Assembly (NCBI GenBank): GCA_044229145.1
Contig: JBGATO010000001.1
Coordinates: 1-64,000 of the forward strand
Reading direction: 5' to 3'
Length of the DNA stretch: 64,000 nt
Source: Candidatus Eiseniibacteriota bacterium
GTDB taxonomy: Bacteria; Eisenbacteria; RBG-16-71-46; CAZEPH01
Shown in pieces: positions 57,234 through 64,000 of this stretch. The notes beneath the pieces are model-generated. The model worked only from the letters and a program-made list of their open reading frames with translations. It ran no database searches and had not been told where the DNA came from. Position 1 is the stretch's first letter, and every line of letters begins with the position of its first letter. The position numbers and the translations under genes were made by a program.

Positions 57234-59254
57234 CAGAACGACGGCCCGATGGCGAACTGCAGACGATCGCGCGCGCGATCTTGCGTGCTGACCGCGAGTT
57301 CGGCCGGAATCCCGATCTTGCGCGCATAGTCGAACCGCACCGGCCCGACCGGCGTCGCGATGCGCAAGCCGGCGCCCGCGGAGTATTTCATGTCGTAGTT
57401 CTCGAGTCGGCTGGTGGTCGGCAACAGGCGCCCGAGCAAGATGTCGGAGGCGAACGGCCACACGTTTCCGCCGTCGACATAGAAGGCGACGCCGAAGCGC
57501 GCCGATAGCGTGACGCGCAGTTCGACGTTGAGCAGCAGTTCGGCGAGCCCGCCAGTCTTGTACTGCCCGAAGCTGGTGTCGACGGTGGCGGAGGTGCACG
57601 GGAACTTCGGGTCGCGCGGATTATTGGCGCCGATGATCTGCTCGGCGTAGCCGCGCACGGTCGTGGCGCCGCCGAGCACGAAACGCGACGGCTCATCCAC
57701 CTTGGCGAGATCGGCACGGTCGAGGGGGCCGAGGCCGCAGGTGTCGGGGAATACGTCGGCGCCGAGCGGCGCGATGGCGCCGCCGCGCACGCGCACGCCG
57801 AGCACCACGCGGCGCTTCAGCTGGGTGAACCAGCTCTGTTCGAGCACGCCCTTCATGAAATTCGTTTTTCCACCGAGACCGGAATACGCGATCGAAGCGT
57901 GGACGGCGGTGCCCCGAGTCGGGGTGAAGATCTGATCGCGATAGTCCCCGTCGAATGCCATGTCCAGGCTGCGGTTCTGCGACGCGTGCGCATCGACGAC
58001 GCTCAGATCGTCGTATTGCCACAGCCACTCGTTGCTGAAATTGGACGTGAGGCGCGTTTGGCGTGCCAGCTGGCGCACCAGTTCGAGCCGGGCGCCGGCC
58101 TTCGTGGTGCGCTGCGCTTGATTCGTGATCGTGCGCGTGTAGCCATAATACGGCACCACCGATGCCTGCGTGCGCGGCAGCACGAACCACGGCTCGGTCC
58201 ACGCCAGCTTGACGCTCGAGCTCCGCACCAAGTAACCGCTGCGCCGGAGAATCGAGGTGCCCGAGAGCCCGACTTCCGCGACGCTCTCCCACCGCCGCTG
58301 CAATCCGCCGACGTTGCGTGAGCCCGCCGAGGCGGTGCCAACGATCGCGCCCGTCGCGTCGTAATCGAGACCGCCCTCGACGTAGCGCGACGGGCGTTCG
58401 GTGACCGACACCAAGACGTTCACGCGGTGCGTCGAGTCGGTCTGCGCTTCGCCCGGCAGGGCGAACGTGACGCTGGAGAACAGCTCGGTGGCGTACAACC
58501 GGCGCTCGTATTCGGCGAGCTGCGACGAGCGGAACAGATCGCCGGGCGCGAACGGCGCATTGCGCACGATGACGCGCGGCTTGGTGCGCAGCGTATCGAG
58601 ACTATCGACGACGGTGGCGACACCGAAGCGCGCGCGCGCATGTTCGTCGACGAAGAACGTGACCTCGCGCGGGATTTCCTGATCCGCCTCGACCTGCGCC
58701 CAGGGAAAGCCGTGCTCGTAATACCAGTTCTTGATCGTCTCGCGGTCGACCTTGACCATGAGGTCGGTGAAGGGCTTGCCTTCCTGCAGCACCAGCTGTT
58801 CGCGCAGGACGTCGGGCGGCGTCGCGCGCACGCCCAGGAAATGCAGCCCTTCCAGCGTCTCGCGCTCGCCTTCGTCGATGCGGATGAGGATATCGACGAG
58901 CGGCGGATCGGTGCGAGGCCGCACCCACGCGCTGTCCTGCACCACGACCGCCGGGAAACCGTGCTGGATGTAGAAACTGCGCAGAGCCTGGACGTCGGCG
59001 CGCAGGAAGTCGCGGTAGAACTCGTGACGGCGCGGCACCACCAGGAACGCGTGTGTCGGCCGCAGGCGCATCAATGAGCCGAGGAAGCCGGGCGCGAAAC
59101 TCGTGGCGCCCTCGATCCGCACGGACGCTACCTTGGCGCCGGCGGGAATCCGTTGCGCCGCGCCCGCCGGAGCCGCGCACAGCACCGCCAACGCGCACGC
59201 GACGAGGAGCCTCCGCCTCCACGCCGCATGCCCTCGATGCGTGGGTGGTCGCAG
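57233..59254 (-). CDS. Omp85 family (TamA/BamA-like) outer-membrane protein
   Basis: POTRA-like segments, 'FVLGGATTVRGY', 'GLRIATPVGPVRFDYA', terminal F; start uncertain (CTG 59254 or TTG 59191). Confidence 0.85.
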   Translation of the reverse strand: MRPPTHRGHAAWRRRLLVACALAVLCAAPAGAAQRIPAGAKVASVRIEGATSFAPGFLGSLMRLRPTHAFLVVPRRHEFYRDFLRADVQALRSFYIQHGFPAVVVQDSAWVRPRTDPPLVDILIRIDEGERETLEGLHFLGVRATPPDVLREQLVLQEGKPFTDLMVKVDRETIKNWYYEHGFPWAQVEADQEIPREVTFFVDEHARARFGVATVVDSLDTLRTKPRVIVRNAPFAPGDLFRSSQLAEYERRLYATELFSSVTFALPGEAQTDSTHRVNVLVSVTERPSRYVEGGLDYDATGAIVGTASAGSRNVGGLQRRWESVAEVGLSGTSILRRSGYLVRSSSVKLAWTEPWFVLPRTQASVVPYYGYTRTITNQAQRTTKAGARLELVRQLARQTRLTSNFSNEWLWQYDDLSVVDAHASQNRSLDMAFDGDYRDQIFTPTRGTAVHASIAYSGLGGKTNFMKGVLEQSWFTQLKRRVVLGVRVRGGAIAPLGADVFPDTCGLGPLDRADLAKVDEPSRFVLGGATTVRGYAEQIIGANNPRDPKFPCTSATVDTSFGQYKTGGLAELLLNVELRVTLSARFGVAFYVDGGNVWPFASDILLGRLLPTTSRLENYDMKYSAGAGLRIATPVGPVRFDYARKIGIPAELAVSTQDRARDRLQFAIGPSF

Positions 59255-59306
59255 GGCAGTGGCCTCCGTTCCGTGAGTCCGGCGCGGCGGCGCCGGGACG
59301 CGCCGC

Positions 59307-60698
59307 TTAGGGCGCGGCGGCGGGTGGCGCCCCGCCGCGGTTGGTCTGATGGACCGCGATCTGCCTCTGCACCAGATGCACGGTGTCGGCGAGGATCACG
59401 AACACGAACAGCGTGCCGATGAGCGCGAGTCCGACGCGTTGGAACGCCAGCTGCGCCTTCATCGACAACGGCCGCCGCATGAGGCCCTCGTACAGCGCCA
59501 TCGCGATGTGGCCACCGTCGAGCACCGGCAGCGGCAGGATGTTCATCACCGCCAGGGTCACACCGATGAACGCGGTGAACTGCATGAGCATGTCGAGGCC
59601 GCGCCGGGCGTACGTCGCCGCCATCTGCGCGATACCGATCGGTCCGGTCAGCGACGAGCCGGCGTCCTTGAGGTGGAACAGCGTGCGGCCGAGGCCCTCC
59701 ACGATCGTCGCGGTGACGTTGACGAGGTAGCGCCACGCGCCACCGAACGCCTCGGCCGGCGTCGACTTGTAGATGCGGACCTGCGTGAACGGCCGCGGCT
59801 CGAGGCCGATCATGCCGTAGTCCGTCTCGGTCTGCGCGCCGGCGGCCAGCGCCGACACCGGCTTGACCCGCACCTCTTGCGTCCGCGCGGACCCCGGACG
59901 GACGAAGCTCACCGTCAGGGTCTTTCCGAGACCGGCGTGGATGATCTCCGCCGCATCCTCGAACGTGCGCACCGGCGTACCCGCGATCGCCACCAAACTG
60001 TCGCCGGCACGCAATCCCGCCAAGTACGCCGGCTGGTTCACCAACACATTGCCGATGACCGGCGCGTGGGCGGGCTGGATCGCCATCGCCAACCGCACCG
60101 CGGTGGGCTCGTCGAGGCGCAGACGCTTCTCGCCGGCATCGCCGCGCAGCACGAATTCGCGCGGCCACGCCGGCATCCCCGGCGTGTCGTCGAGCGCGTC
60201 GATGAACTCGCTCATACTTTGCACCGCGGTGCCGCCCACCGACGCGATACGGTCGCCGCTCACCACGCCGAGCGAGTCGGCCAGCGGGCTCGCGTTGCGC
60301 AGGTACACGACGGCGGGCGAATCCGGTTCCGGCACGCCGGTCACCAACGCCGCCCAGATGATCACGTACGCCCAGATGATGTTCGAACCCGGGCCGGCCA
60401 CCGCGATCAGCGCGCGGCGCCACCAGGCGGCGGTGAGGAACTCGCCGGCCGCGCCGGTGCTCGAGTCCTGTTCATCGCCCGCCATCTTCACGTAGCCGCC
60501 GAGCGGCAGCCACGAGATGCAATAGTCGGTCTCGCCGATCTGAATGCCGAAGGCGCGCGGCGGGAAGCCCATCGAGAATCGCAGCACCTTGATGCCGAGC
60601 GCTTTCGCCATCAAGAAGTGCCCGAGCTCGTGCACGAACACCAGGAAGCCGAGCACGAGGACGAAGGGCAGCAGATTGTCGGTCAGGAACTGCAGCAC
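59307..60698 (-). CDS. rseP: RIP metalloprotease RseP
   Basis: 'HELGH', 'PLGGYV', 'AGPGSN', two PDZ-like regions, 'NILPLPVLDGG'. Confidence 0.95.
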   Translation of the reverse strand: MLQFLTDNLLPFVLVLGFLVFVHELGHFLMAKALGIKVLRFSMGFPPRAFGIQIGETDYCISWLPLGGYVKMAGDEQDSSTGAAGEFLTAAWWRRALIAVAGPGSNIIWAYVIIWAALVTGVPEPDSPAVVYLRNASPLADSLGVVSGDRIASVGGTAVQSMSEFIDALDDTPGMPAWPREFVLRGDAGEKRLRLDEPTAVRLAMAIQPAHAPVIGNVLVNQPAYLAGLRAGDSLVAIAGTPVRTFEDAAEIIHAGLGKTLTVSFVRPGSARTQEVRVKPVSALAAGAQTETDYGMIGLEPRPFTQVRIYKSTPAEAFGGAWRYLVNVTATIVEGLGRTLFHLKDAGSSLTGPIGIAQMAATYARRGLDMLMQFTAFIGVTLAVMNILPLPVLDGGHIAMALYEGLMRRPLSMKAQLAFQRVGLALIGTLFVFVILADTVHLVQRQIAVHQTNRGGAPPAAAP

Positions 60699-60737
60699 GT
60701 GGAGCGCTCTCCAGGTCGGATGCGGCGGTTGCGGGCG

Positions 60738-60767
60738 ATTCTAGTCAGCGTGGACCGGCCCACGCAA
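60738..60767 (-). promoter_or_regulatory. Putative internal promoter TTGCGT-18-TAGAAT before rseP
   Basis: -10 at 60738-60743, -35 at 60762-60767. Confidence 0.45.
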
Positions 60768-60784
60768 GGCGCGGACCGCCGAGG

Positions 60785-61945
60785 TCATACAGAGAGGTAT
60801 CGGCGGGCCCGGTCGCGGGCCCATCGATCCGCCTCTTCGATGTCGCCGAGGCGCGGAGAGTGCACCACCGCATGGTCGGCCAGGACCCGTTCCAGCACGC
60901 CGGGCAGGGCGCCGAAGGACAGCCGTCCGTCGAGGAACGCCGCCACGGCGACTTCGTCCGCGGCATTGAGGACCGCTGGTGCGGTTCCGCCCGCTTCCCC
61001 GGCGGCACGCACGAGGCCGAGGCACGGATACCGCGCCGCATCCGGTTCCGCGAAGGTCAGCTGGCCGAGTGCCAGCGGGCTCACCGCCGGCGCCGGCGGC
61101 CGCCACCGCTCGGGATAGCTGAGGGCGTACTGGATCGGCAGCCGCATGTCGGTGGCACTGATCTGGGCCAGCAGCGAGCCGTCGGCGAGTTCGGCGAAGG
61201 CATGCACCAGCGATTGCGCGTGCACCACCACCGCGATCTCGGCCAGCGGCACGTCGAACAGCCACCGGGTTTCGAGAACCTCGAAGCCCTTGTTGAGCAG
61301 CGTCGCGCAGTCGACGGTGATGCGCGGGCCCATGCGCCAGGTCGGGTGCGCCAGCACATCGTCGGGCGTGGCGGCGTCGAGGCGATCGAGCGGCCAGTCG
61401 CGCAGCGCGCCGCCCGAGGCGGTCAGCCACAGCCGCGCGATCTCGCCGGCGCGGCGCCCTTCGAGCAGTTGGAAGAGGCCACTGTGTTCGCTATCCACCG
61501 GGAGCAGAGCCGCGCCCGGCGTGCGCAGCGCGTCGCGCACCAGCTCGCCGCCCAGCACCAGCGATTCCTTGTTCGCCAGGGCGACGGTGTGCCCGGCCGC
61601 CAGCGCCGCCAGTGTCGGCGCCAAGCCCGCGGCGCCTACCAGCGCATTGACCACGACGTCGACGTCGGGACGTCCGGCGCACGCCACCAGCGCCTCCGCG
61701 CCCTCCTCCACGACGAGTCCGTCCCACGCCGCGGCGCGCGCACGGGCGGCCGCCTCGGCATCGCCCAGAACGAGGTGCGCGACGCCGAATTCGCGTGCCG
61801 CGTCCAGCAGCGGCTCGACCTGGCGATGCGCGGCGAGCGCCACGATCTCGAATCGTCCGGGATGCTGGCGCACCACGTCGAGCGTGTTGACGCCGATCGA
61901 CCCGGTGGCGCCCAGCACCGCCAGCCGGCGGGGCGCGGCGCTCAT
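60785..61945 (-). CDS. dxr: 1-deoxy-D-xylulose 5-phosphate reductoisomerase
   Basis: 'LGATGSIG', 'LANKESL', 'PVDSEH', 'TASGG', 'HPTWRMG', 'NKGFE'. Confidence 0.96.
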   Translation of the reverse strand: MSAAPRRLAVLGATGSIGVNTLDVVRQHPGRFEIVALAAHRQVEPLLDAAREFGVAHLVLGDAEAAARARAAAWDGLVVEEGAEALVACAGRPDVDVVVNALVGAAGLAPTLAALAAGHTVALANKESLVLGGELVRDALRTPGAALLPVDSEHSGLFQLLEGRRAGEIARLWLTASGGALRDWPLDRLDAATPDDVLAHPTWRMGPRITVDCATLLNKGFEVLETRWLFDVPLAEIAVVVHAQSLVHAFAELADGSLLAQISATDMRLPIQYALSYPERWRPPAPAVSPLALGQLTFAEPDAARYPCLGLVRAAGEAGGTAPAVLNAADEVAVAAFLDGRLSFGALPGVLERVLADHAVVHSPRLGDIEEADRWARDRARRYLSV

Positions 61946-62850
61946 CGCAGCACCCCGAAGCGGAACGCGTAGTAGACCACCGGCACCGCGAACAGCACCG
62001 CATCCAGCCGGTCGAGGATGCCGCCGTGTCCCGGCAGCGTCTGCGAGCTGTCTTTGATATGCACGTCGCGCTTGATCAGCGATTCGACGAGATCGCCGGC
62101 TTGGCCCGCCAGGCTCGCCGCACACGCCACCCCGAGCCCCGCCGGCACACTCAGGATGTCCGGCCGCCACAGCGCGATTGCGCCGCCCGCCAGCGTCCCG
62201 CACACCAGGCCGCCGAGCCCGCCTTCGACCGACTTCTTCGGCGAAATGCGCGGCGCCAGCGGCGTGCGCCCCCACCGCGAGCCGACGAAGTACGCCGCCG
62301 TGTCGGTGGTCCAGCTGACGATGAGGGCGAAGAAGACGTAGACCCAGCCGTCGGCGTAGGCGCGCGACGGCACCAGCGAGTGCGGCAGCTCGCGCAGCAA
62401 CACCAAGTGCGCCCCGAGCCAGCCGACGTAGACGACGCCGAACAACGTCGTCGCCAGGTGATAGACGGCATAGCGCGTATCGCGGCGGAACAACTCGGAG
62501 GTCATCAGGGCGAGCAAGATGAGGGCGAACAGCATGTTGGTGTCGGCGGCGATGATCGGCGAACGGCTCCAGATGAGCAGCATGCCGCTGGCGACACCGA
62601 GCAGGCGGTACGGACGCAATCCCTTCGCCCGCATCATGCGGTAGAACTCGAACAGGCCGAGGCCGACCGTCATGCTGACCAGCGACAGCCACACCAAACC
62701 GCCGGCCCATACGGCGTAGAGGACGATCGGCGCGCCCACCACGCCGGTGGCGACACGCAACATCAGGGTGCGGCCGAACGCCTGGCGCCGCCGCTCCTCG
62801 GGCGACTCCAGGGCCGCGGCCGCGGTGGTGCCGCGTGGAGGCTTACTCAA
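61942..62850 (-). CDS. cdsA: Phosphatidate cytidylyltransferase
   Basis: 'DTAAYFVG', 'SPKKSVEG', 'GDLVESLIKR', 'KDS...PGHGGILDRLD'. Confidence 0.95.
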   Translation of the reverse strand: MSKPPRGTTAAAALESPEERRRQAFGRTLMLRVATGVVGAPIVLYAVWAGGLVWLSLVSMTVGLGLFEFYRMMRAKGLRPYRLLGVASGMLLIWSRSPIIAADTNMLFALILLALMTSELFRRDTRYAVYHLATTLFGVVYVGWLGAHLVLLRELPHSLVPSRAYADGWVYVFFALIVSWTTDTAAYFVGSRWGRTPLAPRISPKKSVEGGLGGLVCGTLAGGAIALWRPDILSVPAGLGVACAASLAGQAGDLVESLIKRDVHIKDSSQTLPGHGGILDRLDAVLFAVPVVYYAFRFGVLR

Positions 62851-63604
62851 CGCGCCCGAACCGCCGCTCGCGCCGCTGATACGCGGCGCACGCCGCGAAC
62901 AGGTGCTCGCGGCGGAAATCCGGCCACAGCACCTCGGTCATGTAGAGTTCGGCGTAGGCCAGCTGCCAGAGGAGGAAGTTCGACAGCCGCATCTCGCCGC
63001 TGGTGCGGATCAAGAGGTCGGGATCCGGCAGGCCGGCGGTGTAGAGGTGCGCCTCGATGACGCGCTCGTCGATATCGTTCGGACGCAGCAGGCCCGCCGC
63101 CACTTCGGTCGCCAGCACGCGCATCGCGTCCACCATCTCGGCACGCCCGCCGTAGGACAACGCCAGATTGAGCACCATCCCGGTGCCTTCGGCGAGGAAG
63201 TCGCGCGTCTCGGCGATGGTCTCCTGCACGATCGCCGGCAAGTCGGCCACGCGCCCGCTCACCCGCAACGTCACGCCGTTGCGCTTGAGATCGTCGCGTT
63301 CTTCGAGCAGGACTTCACGCAGCAGGCGCATGAGCACCGAGACTTCGGTGCTCGGCCGCTGCCAATTCTCGATCGAGAAGGTGTAGAGCGTGAGGACTTC
63401 GATCCCGAGGTCGACGGCGCCTTCGATGGTGTCGCGCACCGCTTTCTTGGCGGCTTCATGGCCGCGCACGCGCTCCCAGCCACGGCGGCGCGCCCAGCGG
63501 CCATTGCCGTCCATGATGACGGCGATGTGGCGCGGCAGATTGCCCGCCGCGACCACGTCGTCGCGCAACGCGGTCACCGCGGCCGCCGCGGACGCCGGGT
63601 CCAT
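62843..63604 (-). CDS. uppS: Undecaprenyl diphosphate synthase
   Basis: 'HIAVIMDGNGRWA', 'FSIENWQR', 'RTSGEMRLSNFLLWQ'. Confidence 0.96.
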   Translation of the reverse strand: MDPASAAAAVTALRDDVVAAGNLPRHIAVIMDGNGRWARRRGWERVRGHEAAKKAVRDTIEGAVDLGIEVLTLYTFSIENWQRPSTEVSVLMRLLREVLLEERDDLKRNGVTLRVSGRVADLPAIVQETIAETRDFLAEGTGMVLNLALSYGGRAEMVDAMRVLATEVAAGLLRPNDIDERVIEAHLYTAGLPDPDLLIRTSGEMRLSNFLLWQLAYAELYMTEVLWPDFRREHLFAACAAYQRRERRFGRVE

Positions 63605-63624
63605 CGTCTGCCGCGTCGCCACGC

Positions 63625-64000
63625 TTAGACCTCCATCAACTCCGCGGTCTTCTTCGCCGACATCGCATCGAGTTCCTTCACGTGCTTGTCGGTGATCTTC
63701 TGCGCTTCGGCCTCGGCGCGCTTGACGTCGTCCTCGCTGGCGTGGCCGTCCTTGATCATCTTCTTGAACTGGTCCATGGCGTGGTGGCGGACGTTGCGCA
63801 CGCTCACCTTGCCTTCCTCGATGAGGCGGTGGACCGTCTTCACGAGTTCCTTGCGGCGGTCCTCGGTGAGCGGCGGCACCGGCAGGCGGATCACGCTGCC
63901 GTCGTTCGACGGGTTGAGCCCGAGGTCCGACTTCATGATCGCCTTCTCGATGTGGTGGATCATGTTGCGGTCCCACGGCTGCAACACGATCATGCGCGGT
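63625..64000 (-). CDS. frr: Ribosome recycling factor (partial, 5' end outside window)
   Basis: 'QPWD', 'LGLNP', 'PPLTEDRRKEL', 'VRNVR'. Confidence 0.93.
   Translation of the reverse strand, partial: PRMIVLQPWDRNMIHHIEKAIMKSDLGLNPSNDGSVIRLPVPPLTEDRRKELVKTVHRLIEEGKVSVRNVRHHAMDQFKKMIKDGHASEDDVKRAEAEAQKITDKHVKELDAMSAKKTAELMEV

Noticed and set aside
1..64000. CRISPR arrays, IS elements, prophage, defence or reverse-transcriptase systems
   Set aside because: No regularly spaced repeats or matching protein motifs seen by eye; short or diverged repeats could have been missed without computation.

Overview
High-GC (visually about 70%) chromosomal window from a diderm bacterium. It is mostly housekeeping and envelope genes, largely on the minus strand. 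A TonB receptor/PorV-like locus, a GWxTD protein and a near-terminal 'TTWGRIKALYR' motif point to an FCB-affiliated lineage such as Ca. Eisenbacteria or Latescibacterota (inference). Left to right: a divergent radical-SAM-like gene cut by the left edge; comF; aroE; rodA-mrdA-mreDCB; a rhomboid-TPR protein; gdhA; ldcA and dacB; a PorV-like barrel/large secreted protein/TonB receptor operon; GWxTD protein; amidase; rlmD; glnA; a DsrH/E/F-like trio; tRNA-Glu, tRNA-Ala, a second rhomboid and tRNA-Leu; a CxxCH Reeler-like exported protein; 2-hydroxyacid dehydrogenase; mtgA; a barrel plus large lipoprotein pair; Zn-dependent dehydrogenase; a structured ~310-nt intergenic element; suhB; two small paralogues; gpmI; Zn-ribbon protein; PTS IIA; an rpiB-glyA fusion; ilvE; LMW phosphatase; tsaC; purD; gatBAC; pcrA; tamB and tamA-like genes; rseP; dxr; cdsA; uppS; partial frr. 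I saw no CRISPR array, integrase, transposase or prophage. The best leads are the candidate ncRNA at about 37.7-38.0 kb, the radical SAM gene with a broken CxxxCxxC motif, the orphan DsrEFH-like trio, two 'exported cargo + NPA-motif barrel' modules, two frameshifted envelope genes and several apparently leaderless genes. All calls come from reading motifs by eye; no searches or folding were run.
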